DNA of 64,000 bases from Candidatus Moraniibacteriota bacterium (GCA_023133275.1 JAGLWU010000002.1:2440-66439), one strand, 5' to 3'. Counted from the stretch's first letter, positions 50,842-60,299 are shown. Notes: generated from the sequence alone by a model not told the origin. Numbers and translations: made by a program.

Positions 50842-51804
50842 ATGAAAAACCTAGTAAAATACGTACAAAACACCAATTCTCGCCATAATCTTTGGAAAAA
50901 AGGTGAAGGAATAATTTTAGGTGTGTCGGGCGGAGCAGATAGCATGACTTTATTTCACATTTTTTCAATTTTAGCCAAAAAAGAAAACTTAAAATTAATT
51001 GTCGCTCATGTAAATTACGGATTTCGTGAAGATTCTTACAAAGACGAAAAAATCGTTAGAGATTTTGCAAAAAAACACAATATTCCCTGTGAAGTTTTAT
51101 CAAATTTTAAATTAGACAAAAAAGACTGTAATGAAAATAAGTGGCGTCAAATTCGCTTCGATTTTTTTTCCCAAATTAAAGAAAAATATCAGGCAGATAA
51201 AATTGTTTTAGCTCATACAAAAAACGATCAATCGGAAACTTTACTTCTTCACCTTTTGCGTGGAAGTGGTTTAAACGGCTTGAGTGCGATACGATATAAA
51301 AGGAATAATATTATTCGTCCACTTTTAGATATTTCTCGAGAAGATATTTTAAAGTATATTAAAGAAAACAACATTTCTTTCGCTATAGATAGCAGTAACA
51401 TGAATACAAAATTTTTGCGTAATAAAATTCGATTGGAGTTACTTCCCTATTTAAAGAAAAATTATAATGAAAATATTATTAACACGCTTTCTCAAGCAAC
51501 AAAAAACATTGCCGATGATTATAATTATTTAACTGATCAACAAGAAATTTTTTGGAAAATTAATGATGAAAAAACTGAAATTTCTTTTTCTGCTCAAAAA
51601 TTCTCGAAAAAACATATTTCTGAGCAGAAATTTTCTTTGCGAACAATGATTTTCGAACTTTTAGGACATTTGCAAAATATTGAATCTGGCACAATTGAAG
51701 AAATTAGATTGTTAACTTTAAGTTCAAAAAACAAATCACAAGTGATGCAATTTAAAAACTTGAAAATAGTGAGAAAAGGTGATATTATTACAATGTTTAA
51801 GTAG
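50842..51804 (+). CDS. tilS: tRNA(Ile)-lysidine synthetase TilS
   Basis: PP-loop LGVSGGADSMTL. tilS-ftsH synteny. Confidence 0.85.
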   Translation: MKNLVKYVQNTNSRHNLWKKGEGIILGVSGGADSMTLFHIFSILAKKENLKLIVAHVNYGFREDSYKDEKIVRDFAKKHNIPCEVLSNFKLDKKDCNENKWRQIRFDFFSQIKEKYQADKIVLAHTKNDQSETLLLHLLRGSGLNGLSAIRYKRNNIIRPLLDISREDILKYIKENNISFAIDSSNMNTKFLRNKIRLELLPYLKKNYNENIINTLSQATKNIADDYNYLTDQQEIFWKINDEKTEISFSAQKFSKKHISEQKFSLRTMIFELLGHLQNIESGTIEEIRLLTLSSKNKSQVMQFKNLKIVRKGDIITMFK

Positions 51805-52005
51805 GCTTTTAGAAAAAAATAAAAGTTTAGTTTTAGGTTATTTAAGCATTTTGTAAATAAGTGTTGGACAAAAAATATAACCTTTGTATTTAAAAAATTT
51901 GAAAACATAGACTTTTTATAATTTTTTATTTTATAAAATAAATCTGTTTAGATAATTTTTAAATAAGTTTAGTAAATTTAATTTATCCTTAATATTGTAA
52001 AGAAA

Positions 52006-53919
52006 ATGAATAAGTTACAAAAAAATGCATCGTTAATTGTGCTTTTATTATTATTGATAGGATCTTTTGTGATTTTATCTCAAAGTAATAAAAAAGAGAT
52101 TGAAGAAATAACACTTACTAAGTTAGTTGCCGAAATTAATGAAGAAAAAGTCAAAACTATAGAAATAAACGGTGAAAAAATTTCTATCCAATTAAATGAT
52201 GAAACAAAACAGAAAACTAATAAAGAATTAAATACCTCTCTTTCAGAAACTTTAACTAATCTGGGTGTAAATAAAGAAAGTTTTAATAAAGTAGCTATTA
52301 ATAGTAAGGCGCCTTCTTCAGCTTCATTTTGGATAGGGACATTAATTCCTTTTATCTTCATAATTCTTATTATAGGAAGTATTTGGTTTATGATGAAAAA
52401 AGCCATGCGAGGTAATAGTCAAGCACTTTCATTTGGAAATAGCAAAGCTCGAATGATTGACCCAAAAGATAAAAATAAAAAAATCACCTTTAAAGATGTA
52501 GCTGGAAACAAAGAAGGTAAAGAAGAATTAGGAGAGGTGGTTGATTTTCTTAAAGAACCGAAGAAATTCCAAAAATTAGGAGCTAAAATTCCAAAAGGCG
52601 TGTTACTTTTAGGAAAACCTGGAACTGGAAAAACCTTAATGGCAAAAGCAGTAGCTGGTGAAGCTGGCGTTCCCTTTTTCTCAATCAGTGGTTCAGAATT
52701 TGTGGAAATGTTTGTTGGTGTGGGAGCAAGTCGAGTACGAGACCTTTTTAAACAAGCAAAGAAAAAAGCACCTGCGATTGTATTTATTGATGAAATTGAT
52801 GCAGTTGGACGACATCGTGGAGCTGGTATGGGCGGTGGAAATGATGAAAGAGAACAGACTTTGAATCAGATTTTAGTGGAAATGGATGGTTTTGAAGATA
52901 ATGCCAACGTTATCGTTATCGCAGCAACTAACCGTCCAGATGTTCTTGATCCAGCTTTGCTACGACCAGGACGTTTTGACCGTCGAGTTACTATCGATCT
53001 CCCAGACATTAAAGATCGAATAGAAATTTTAAAAATCCATGCACGAGGTAAAAAAATGGAAAAAGATGTTGATTTAGAGCAAATTGCGCAAAGAACTCCT
53101 GGTTTTTCTGGAGCAGACTTAGCTAATTTAATGAATGAGGGAGCTTTACTAGCAGGAAGAGAAAATCTTTCAGAAGTAAAAATGGATAATTTGATTGAAG
53201 CAATTGAAAAAGTTCTTCTTGGACCAGCTCGAAAAAGCCGTCATTTAGATAAACAAGAAAAGAAAATCACAGCTTATCATGAAGCAGGACATGCTTTAGT
53301 TGGTGCGAGCTTGAAAAATGCTGATCCTGTTCATAAAGTTTCTATCATTTCTCGAGGTTCTGCAGGCGGTTATACACTATCAGTTCCTGAAAAAGATCAA
53401 ACTTTACATTCAAAAGCTTACTTTTTAGACAGATTAGCAGTGTTATTAGGTGGTTATGTAGTTGAAAAAATGGTTTTTGGTGATACTACAACTGGACCTT
53501 CTAGTGATTTAGAGAGAGCTACCCATACTGCTCGAAGTATTGTTACTCGTTACGGAATGAGTGAATTAGGTGCAAGAACTTTCGGTAAAAATAATGATTT
53601 AGTTTTCTTAGGTAAAGATAGTACAGAAGAACGTGATTATTCTGATAAGACTGCTGAACAAATTGATCGAGTTGTTTCAGAATTTATTGAAAATGCTCGA
53701 AAGGTTGCTGAAGAAATCGTTACTGAAAAACGTGATTTATTGGATAAAATTTCTAATGTTTTATTGGAAAAAGAAACTATCGAGAAGGATGAGTTCAATT
53801 CGATTATAGAAGGAAAAGAATATATTCCTGAGGTAAAAGTTGAAAAGGTTGAGGAAAATGAAGAAATTAAAGAAATTAAAGAAGTTGAAGAAGTTGAAGA
53901 AGCTGAAGATTCAAAATAG
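52006..53919 (+). CDS. ftsH: ATP-dependent zinc metalloprotease FtsH
   Basis: AAA Walker A GKPGTGKT, second region of homology, zinc motif HEAGHAL. Confidence 0.97.
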   Translation: MNKLQKNASLIVLLLLLIGSFVILSQSNKKEIEEITLTKLVAEINEEKVKTIEINGEKISIQLNDETKQKTNKELNTSLSETLTNLGVNKESFNKVAINSKAPSSASFWIGTLIPFIFIILIIGSIWFMMKKAMRGNSQALSFGNSKARMIDPKDKNKKITFKDVAGNKEGKEELGEVVDFLKEPKKFQKLGAKIPKGVLLLGKPGTGKTLMAKAVAGEAGVPFFSISGSEFVEMFVGVGASRVRDLFKQAKKKAPAIVFIDEIDAVGRHRGAGMGGGNDEREQTLNQILVEMDGFEDNANVIVIAATNRPDVLDPALLRPGRFDRRVTIDLPDIKDRIEILKIHARGKKMEKDVDLEQIAQRTPGFSGADLANLMNEGALLAGRENLSEVKMDNLIEAIEKVLLGPARKSRHLDKQEKKITAYHEAGHALVGASLKNADPVHKVSIISRGSAGGYTLSVPEKDQTLHSKAYFLDRLAVLLGGYVVEKMVFGDTTTGPSSDLERATHTARSIVTRYGMSELGARTFGKNNDLVFLGKDSTEERDYSDKTAEQIDRVVSEFIENARKVAEEIVTEKRDLLDKISNVLLEKETIEKDEFNSIIEGKEYIPEVKVEKVEENEEIKEIKEVEEVEEAEDSK

Positions 53920-53928
53920 ATTTTATTT

Positions 53929-53956
53929 GTAGGGAACGCAGATCTGCGTTCCCTAC
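53929..53956. repeat. REP hairpin 5 (GTAGGGAACGCAGA / TCTGCGTTCCCTAC, perfect 14-bp arms)
   Basis: Between the ftsH stop and tRNA-Val. Confidence 0.7.
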
Positions 53957-53961
53957 GAAAT

Positions 53962-54035
53962 GCGCGTGTAGCTCAGTTGGTTAGAGTGCTTGCTCGACAC
54001 GCAAGAGGTCTCAGGTTCGAATCCCGACACGCGCA
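53962..54035 (+). tRNA. tRNA-Val (anticodon GAC)
   Basis: GCGCGTG acceptor paired with CACGCGC, D-arm TAGCTCAGTTGGTTAGAGT, anticodon stem CTTGC/GCAAG with loop TCGACAC (C at position 33 is unusual), T-arm TCAGG/TTCGAAT/CCCGA. Confidence 0.75.
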
Positions 54036-54041
54036 CAAATA

Positions 54042-54076
54042 AAAGTAGGGACTAGTCATTGGCTAGCCCCTACTTT
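54042..54076. repeat. REP hairpin 6 (AAAGTAGGGACTAG tcattgg CTAGCCCCTACTTT)
   Basis: GTAG-headed palindrome directly after tRNA-Val. Confidence 0.65.
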
Positions 54077-54090
54077 AATATTAAAATATT

Positions 54091-55254
54091 TTACCGATTT
54101 CCTTTCGCTCGATTGTGAGTTTTACATAACATCTGACAATTTTCAACTGAAGTAGCTCCATTTTTACTCCAAGCTGTAACATGATCAGCATCCATTTCTG
54201 TCAACTTCCAAATTTTATTCTTATTAGCGTCATGTCCAATAGCACAATGTGAACAATTTGATTTATTTTCATTTTTGGCTATTTCTGTTTGTTTTGCATA
54301 AACTAATTTTTTAGTCGCTTCATCAAAAATTCGAACATTTAGCAATTTTGTGTCAACTGAACCACCAAGAATATATTCAAAAATACCTTTACGATTTTTA
54401 ATATACGGATCAGCATAAAGTTTATGTACTTCCGCAGAAACTTTAGCTGGATCATAAGATTTTTTGTGATATTCCTCATACAATCGCCCCCATTCCAATC
54501 CACGCATTTCGCTTTCAACATCTTCAAACACGCCTGAAACCCAATCGATCACACTGTTAAAATAAGTTTTTAATTCATTGATAGTATCATCGTTACGGTG
54601 GCTACTCATATAATCTCCAATATTATTTTCACTAACCCAATCTAAAGCTTGTTCTAAAAATTCTTGTCGGTTGGCACTTCCTTTTATGTAAGCATTCCAT
54701 TTTTGAATATTAGCATTTTGACTATTACTAAATTCTTCTTTGGCGAGAGTTACAAATTGTCCGGAATAAACAGCGTTTAATAATTCTTGATTATTTAAAG
54801 GAACTCCAGCAATATTAATTGTTTTAAACCATTCTTTGATTTCACTTTCACTTCCCTCGCATTGATAAATTAAAAGCTCAGTTTCTAAAATCTTTTTTTG
54901 TTTATCTTCGGCGATTCCGCTGAAATATTGTTCCATACCGTTTTCGTCTTTGATGGCGAATTTATTGGATACGAATCGTCCGATACTAGTAATGCGTTGT
55001 TGTCCATCTAAGACTTCTAAATTGTCATCATCAATTTTATTGAAGTAAATTAATCCTAGTGGATAGCCTTTTAAAATTGATTCGATTACGGCTACATCTT
55101 TTTTACCATCAGCATAAATGTAGTTTCGTTGGTATTCTGGTTGGATAGTTAGTTTTCCTGATAGTCCAAATAATCCTTTGCCTTCGAGTTCGTTATAGAT
55201 AAATCCTTCGCAGATGTCTTTTATGGTGATGTTAGTTTTTAGGGTTGTTTTCAT
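54091..55254 (-). CDS. DUF262 (ParB-like, DGQQR) plus HNH nuclease; GmrSD-like putative type IV restriction/defence enzyme
   Basis: [16 protein letters not shown]262 signature. C-terminal HNH: CSHCA...[12 protein letters not shown]...[10 protein letters not shown]. Confidence 0.7.
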   Translation of the reverse strand: MKTTLKTNITIKDICEGFIYNELEGKGLFGLSGKLTIQPEYQRNYIYADGKKDVAVIESILKGYPLGLIYFNKIDDDNLEVLDGQQRITSIGRFVSNKFAIKDENGMEQYFSGIAEDKQKKILETELLIYQCEGSESEIKEWFKTINIAGVPLNNQELLNAVYSGQFVTLAKEEFSNSQNANIQKWNAYIKGSANRQEFLEQALDWVSENNIGDYMSSHRNDDTINELKTYFNSVIDWVSGVFEDVESEMRGLEWGRLYEEYHKKSYDPAKVSAEVHKLYADPYIKNRKGIFEYILGGSVDTKLLNVRIFDEATKKLVYAKQTEIAKNENKSNCSHCAIGHDANKNKIWKLTEMDADHVTAWSKNGATSVENCQMLCKTHNRAKGNR

Positions 55255-55500
55255 TATATTTGTAAAAATTGATTAAAGTTTTTCTTTTTATCTTAAACTA
55301 TGCACTAATTTTATGATATTTTGTGTATAATTGCAAACCTTTGCACAATTTTTTAGTTTTTTTGTACATAGTTTCGGGTCTTTGCACCATTGTGGTGCAG
55401 ACTTGTAATTTTATAGCATCAAATTTGCAAGTATTTTTATTTATAGTTGCAAAAAACGCTAAATTTGTAAGTATAGAAAATTATAGTCTCAAATTTGCAA

Positions 55501-55580
55501 CTATTATTTCTTATAGTCTCTAAAATTACATTATTAGAGACTATTATTCCTTATAGTCTCTAAAATTACATTATTATTTT
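55501..55580. repeat. two tandem 40-bp direct repeats (CTATTATTYCTTATAGTCTCTAAAATTACATTATTA); the second overlaps the Fic gene stop
   Basis: Read directly. A third TTATAGTCTC copy is at 55481. Confidence 0.7.
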
Positions 55581-56645
55581 TATAAGATCATCAAAAAAAT
55601 AGGTTTTATTTTTATTTTTACCGTTATCAGAAATTATTTTTTTATCCTTTAAAAATTTTAAAATTTTAAAAGTATTTGATTTGGGTATTTTAGTTTTAAC
55701 TATGAAGTCCCTTGAATCAAAAAGAGGCATTGAAAAAAGAAAGTCTAAAACTTTAAAATTATTTTTAGGTGTTGGAATATCTACTATTTTATCTTTCAAG
55801 TCGTCATGTAATTTTAAAATTTCTTGTACTTTATTGATATTTTTTATTGACTGTTTTTCTGTTGCAATAAGAAAAAACTTTATCCAGTTTTCCCAATCAT
55901 TATTTTTAGAAATATCTTGTAATCTTTCATAATATTCATCTCTGTGAGTTTCGAAGTACTCACTTAAATAAAACATTGGAGAATGTAGAACTTTTTTATA
56001 GTACAAAAATAGTGGCATTAAAATTCTTCCCGTCCTTCCATTTCCATCCCAAAAAGGATGAATAATTTCAAATTGTGCATGTACTATTGCTAATTGCACT
56101 AAAAAATCTTTTTCATCAAAATGAATATATTTTTCAAATTCTGAAAAGTATTTTTCTATTTCTTGAGGTTCAGGTGGAATATGACTTGCACCTTCAATGC
56201 CCAATCCTTGTTTACCGATAAAAACAGATCCCGTTCTAAATTTTCCAGGTTCTTTTCCGTCTCCTCTTGCTCCTTGTAAAAGTATTTTGTGAATTTTTTT
56301 GATAAGCCTTGTGGAAAGTGGTAATTCATCTAATTTTTCAATTGCCATATTCATGGCTTTTCTGTAATTGATAATTTCTTGAATGTCTTCGTATTTTTCT
56401 GTCTTCTTTTTTGGATTAGCTTCAAATTCTAAAACTTCTTCTAGCGTTGCTTGAGTTCCTTCAATTTTTGAGGATAAAACAGCTTCTTTTGTGGAAAGTG
56501 GGGAAAGTAAAATTTTGGCATTTGGAATGCTTTGTAAAAATCCATCAAATTTTGCTACGGCACGATTTGCTCCTCCAATGTGTTGAACGAAGTCTTCCCA
56601 GTTTAGTTTTTCTAATGGTAGTTTGTGTGGCTTAAATGATTTCAT
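55566..56645 (-). CDS. Fic family protein (Fic_N plus Fic plus C-terminal winged-helix-like tail)
   Basis: SKIEGTQATLEE (Fic_N), HPFWDGNGRTGRILMPLFL (Fic motif). Confidence 0.8.
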   Translation of the reverse strand: MKSFKPHKLPLEKLNWEDFVQHIGGANRAVAKFDGFLQSIPNAKILLSPLSTKEAVLSSKIEGTQATLEEVLEFEANPKKKTEKYEDIQEIINYRKAMNMAIEKLDELPLSTRLIKKIHKILLQGARGDGKEPGKFRTGSVFIGKQGLGIEGASHIPPEPQEIEKYFSEFEKYIHFDEKDFLVQLAIVHAQFEIIHPFWDGNGRTGRILMPLFLYYKKVLHSPMFYLSEYFETHRDEYYERLQDISKNNDWENWIKFFLIATEKQSIKNINKVQEILKLHDDLKDKIVDIPTPKNNFKVLDFLFSMPLFDSRDFIVKTKIPKSNTFKILKFLKDKKIISDNGKNKNKTYFFDDLIKIIM

Positions 56646-56709
56646 GTATTTTAATTATTTATTTAAAAATTTATACTTTGAAACGATTATTTTTATTATA
56701 AAGGAATTT

Positions 56710-56800
56710 TGTCATCCTGAAAAATTATTTTGTAGTTTGCCTTTGTCGGCAGACAGGCGTAGCGGAGAAATTATTTATTTGGGATCTGGGATGAACGCAA
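56710..56800. repeat. TGTCATCCTGAAAAATTATTT hairpin element with REP hairpin 8 nested in its loop
   Basis: gtcatcctgaaaaattatttt GTAG tttGCCTTTGTCGGCAGACAGGC GTAGcgg agaaattatttatttgggatc. Confidence 0.6.
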
Positions 56801-56827
56801 AACTTTAATTTTAAAATAGCTTATAAA

Positions 56828-57457
56828 CTAATTTTTATTTAAAACAATCTTTCCTCTAGTTTTTCTATTTTCATCATTTCCATAGAATCCAGTAATAACA
56901 CTTTCTTTATCTTCGTTAAAAAATAAAACGGCAAAACCATTATGTTCCACAAAACCAGTCGGAATCATTTTTGGATCTTCAGGATTATTTTTATAATGAT
57001 AACCTATCATCCAATTTTTCTTATTATTCTTATCTTGCTTCAAAAAACTAAACGTACTTTCAAATCCTGACTTATCAAAATCACCAGAAAAACTAAAACC
57101 ATTAATAATTTTTTTAATGACAATATCTTTTCCAATCACTTTAGTTTCATACTCTTCCGTATCCCAATTAAATTTATAGGAACTCCAACATTTCATTGTC
57201 CAACTTCCATCAATTTTAGGATATTCTTGAAAACCTAATTGAATAAATATTTTCTTAAAAACCCAATATTTCCATAAATACTTTTCATATAAAATATGAA
57301 GCCCATAAACTATTAAAAAAATAATACTTGATACTATACCATATTTCCAAATATTATATTTAGGATCTATCAAGATGATCTTTTCATTCAAATAATATAA
57401 TACAAAAGTTAAAATTATTATTAATATAATTGCTTTTTTTAAATTTAATTTAGCCAT
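56828..57457 (-). CDS. 2TM plus beta-rich domain protein, Cap15-like candidate CBASS effector
   Basis: Two N-terminal TM helices (AIILIIILTFVLYYL; YGIVSSIIFLIVYGLHIL), then a 150-aa beta-strand-rich soluble domain. The stop lies 12 bp before the nucleotidyltransferase gene on the same strand. Confidence 0.5.
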   Translation of the reverse strand: MAKLNLKKAIILIIILTFVLYYLNEKIILIDPKYNIWKYGIVSSIIFLIVYGLHILYEKYLWKYWVFKKIFIQLGFQEYPKIDGSWTMKCWSSYKFNWDTEEYETKVIGKDIVIKKIINGFSFSGDFDKSGFESTFSFLKQDKNNKKNWMIGYHYKNNPEDPKMIPTGFVEHNGFAVLFFNEDKESVITGFYGNDENRKTRGKIVLNKN

Positions 57458-57469
57458 CGTTGTTATTTT

Positions 57470-58387
57470 TTAATCATTACAAAAATCAGCAATCGCAATT
57501 ATAAATTTATAAGTATTCTCTAAATCCCACATTTTATCAGAAAATAGCATATCTTGACCATTAGCACATTCATAATTTTTTATATTTTCATTTTTTATAT
57601 CATTTGACCAATTTCGAATTATTTTAATAAGCATATCTTGATAGCTTCCATTAAAAATTTCAATTGGAGAATTATAAACTAAATTTTCAACAAAGTATGA
57701 CGGTGCTGAATCTTTCTCTATCTTCATATCTTGCAAAAGTTTTTTCTTCATATTTTTAAAAATACGAACAACAGATTTAAATTTTCCGTTTGTTCTGTCA
57801 TTTAAAGAACTACAATTTTTTAAATGCTCTTTTGGATAATTAATAATAACTTCTCTTGTTCCAGAATTAAATAACTTAATTCCAGGAATATAACTTTTAT
57901 TATTTAAGGAAATAAATCTTTCATATTTTTTATGTTTAAAAGCAGGCACAACATCAGCATTAACTCTATAAGTATTAGCTGGAACTTTTAAACTCTTATT
58001 ATCAAATTTAATTGAGGTGTCAAAATACATTTCAAGCACTTCATGTACATCTTTTTTAAATTTATGGAAATCATACTCAGAGCTATCATAGGAAATTTTA
58101 AAAACTTCTTTTTCTATTTCACTTAAATGATTTATATCGTAAGAAAAAGATTTCTCTAATTGAATAACAACATCAACATCGCTATCAACTTTTATATTAG
58201 TGCTATTCGCATAAGAGCCCTGTAAATATATTTCACAATCAGAAGATTCTATTGAATAATTATGGTTTTTAGAAACTACATGAGAAATATATTTATCTAA
58301 AGCCTCTCTAATTTGTTTGTGTGTATGTATATATCTTGTCGCAACAGGTACATTTGCCCAAGTGCTTAATTGTTGTTCTGTAATCAT
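57470..58387 (-). CDS. cGAS/DncV-like nucleotidyltransferase (CD-NTase/OAS-fold), candidate CBASS cyclase
   Basis: GS-x11-DVD (IYLQGSYANSTNIKVDSDVDVVI), third acidic strand NADVVPAF, OAS/cGAS-type helix SAPSYFVENLVYN. 305 aa. Confidence 0.65.
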   Translation of the reverse strand: MITEQQLSTWANVPVATRYIHTHKQIREALDKYISHVVSKNHNYSIESSDCEIYLQGSYANSTNIKVDSDVDVVIQLEKSFSYDINHLSEIEKEVFKISYDSSEYDFHKFKKDVHEVLEMYFDTSIKFDNKSLKVPANTYRVNADVVPAFKHKKYERFISLNNKSYIPGIKLFNSGTREVIINYPKEHLKNCSSLNDRTNGKFKSVVRIFKNMKKKLLQDMKIEKDSAPSYFVENLVYNSPIEIFNGSYQDMLIKIIRNWSNDIKNENIKNYECANGQDMLFSDKMWDLENTYKFIIAIADFCND

Positions 58388-58405
58388 ATTTTTAAAATTA
58401 AAAAA

Positions 58406-59458
58406 TTATTTTCCCCTATGTTTAATAAAAATTCTCTTAAAAGTTTCTTTACCATTTAAATATAAGCCTTTTCCAAAAATTCCGTTCGGATCTTGATCTA
58501 CTCCTCGATTTGATCCAATTAATTCAAACTGCTCAGGAGAATATTTATTAAGAAAACTAATCGGCACACCCATCACCCCATCAAAATCACTCGGAATATT
58601 TTTCACTAATGAAACCTCTATTGCATTATAATTATCATATTTTTCAAAGGGTTTTTTTGTTACAAACTTCATTATTTCTGATTCAGTCATTAACGATAAA
58701 GGTTGATGACGTTTACCATGATCAATATTAGTAAACCAGATTGTTCCAGCAACAAACGCATATTTATTCCCATCTTCTTCTTTGTGAAAATTTTCATAAC
58801 TATCAGGAACTTGATACCATACATTTCGTCCATCATTTTTTCCAGCACCAATCCACATTTTATTTTCCTTAATCAATGGAAAAACCTCCTTATAAGTAAT
58901 CGCATTCATATTCCCAATAATCACAAACAACTTCCCCGCCTCCACAATCCACCCCAAAAAATCCCGAAACAACGAAAACGGCGGATTCGTAATAATTACA
59001 TCAGCCTCATCCCGCAACACCTTAATCTCATCACTCCCAAAATCACCATCCCCCTTCAAATAACTCCATTCCAAATCATCAACATCCACTTTACCATCGC
59101 CCGTCTTATCATGCATCAAAGTAAAAATCTTCCCATGCTTTTCAGTCTTACTTTCATCAAACTGCGGATCATCCGTTTCAAAAAGAGTCGGTTGATAATT
59201 ATTTTTACAATTCTTACTTTCCGTTGCATAACTAGTACTAATCAATTTTTTCAAACCAAACCTCTCAAAATTTTGAGCAAAAAACTTAGTAAAATTACTC
59301 CATTCCGGATCATCACACGGCAATAAAATAGTCTTATTTCGAAAAACATCAGGATTATACTCAATATAAGCGTTAATTTCTTTTTCAATATCATGATACT
59401 GAGTATAAAACTCATCATTCTTTGCTTTCTTTGCATTTGTGAGATTGCTATTTGCCAT
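58406..59458 (-). CDS. N6-adenine DNA methyltransferase, M.EcoRI-family-like (NPPF)
   Basis: N-terminal KNDEFYTQYHDIEKEI, SAM region ILLPCDDPEWS, catalytic DVIITNPPFSLF. An 18-bp gap to the nucleotidyltransferase gene suggests co-transcription. Confidence 0.55.
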   Translation of the reverse strand: MANSNLTNAKKAKNDEFYTQYHDIEKEINAYIEYNPDVFRNKTILLPCDDPEWSNFTKFFAQNFERFGLKKLISTSYATESKNCKNNYQPTLFETDDPQFDESKTEKHGKIFTLMHDKTGDGKVDVDDLEWSYLKGDGDFGSDEIKVLRDEADVIITNPPFSLFRDFLGWIVEAGKLFVIIGNMNAITYKEVFPLIKENKMWIGAGKNDGRNVWYQVPDSYENFHKEEDGNKYAFVAGTIWFTNIDHGKRHQPLSLMTESEIMKFVTKKPFEKYDNYNAIEVSLVKNIPSDFDGVMGVPISFLNKYSPEQFELIGSNRGVDQDPNGIFGKGLYLNGKETFKRIFIKHRGK

Positions 59459-60080
59459 ATTTATGAATTACACGATTAAATTACATTTTTACTTTTAAAA
59501 ATATTCATTAATATTAAACATAAAAATACAATTTTGTCAAATAAAAACTGTTTACTATAAAAATAAATTTACATTAATCCATTATGTAATATAGCATAAA
59601 ATGTCTATTAAAGCAATAGTAAAAGTAGTAATTCCTTACGTTTATCTTCTTGAAAAAAACCATTCTTTTTCAAAATAAATTTTAAAAAAATCAGAAAAAA
59701 TATTTATTTGGTGCTATATTAGGTATGTTATATTTAAAATAATGCAAATGTGTCGTTAAAATCCGATACTAATTAATTTTTAGCATATTCCCCGCTGTGG
59801 ACATAAAATAATCTCTAAAATATATAAGTTGCAATGAAAATAAAATAAATACTTTTGTAGCAATTTTAAATCAAAAAGATGGCATAACAGTTTATTCATA
59901 TTAAGTCAATCCTTTAATTTACCAAAATCCACAATTTATAAATATCTGGATTTCATATTGATAAAAACAGTTTTTTCAAGGTTTTTGTTAATTTTGTTGA
60001 ATTAAGGTTGAAAAAGAATATTTGGATAAATATTTCATTATCTGAAAAAAAGATAATTTGATTTAAAGGAAAATAAGTTT

Positions 60081-60299
60081 ATGGGACATCTTAATCCTAA
60101 AAAATCTTTACGAGAAATTAGAATTTTACCAAAAAATATTGATTTTACGATGGGTTATGGTATTTATGGTAATGAAGTAGCTTTTATTCCATCACAAAGG
60201 GAAAATTATGATTAGGTGATTGATAGTAAAGAATTGGGTGAAACGATGAAGAATCATTTTGATTATTTCTGGGGAATTTCTAAAAAGTATATAAAATAA
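60081..60299 (+). pseudogene. small ORF interrupted by an in-frame TAG (60213-60215); likely gene remnant
   Basis: MGHLNPKKSLREIRILPKNIDFTMGYGIYGNEVAFIPSQRENYD, then TAG, then VIDSKELGETMKNHFDYFWGISKKYIK in the same frame. Confidence 0.2.
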
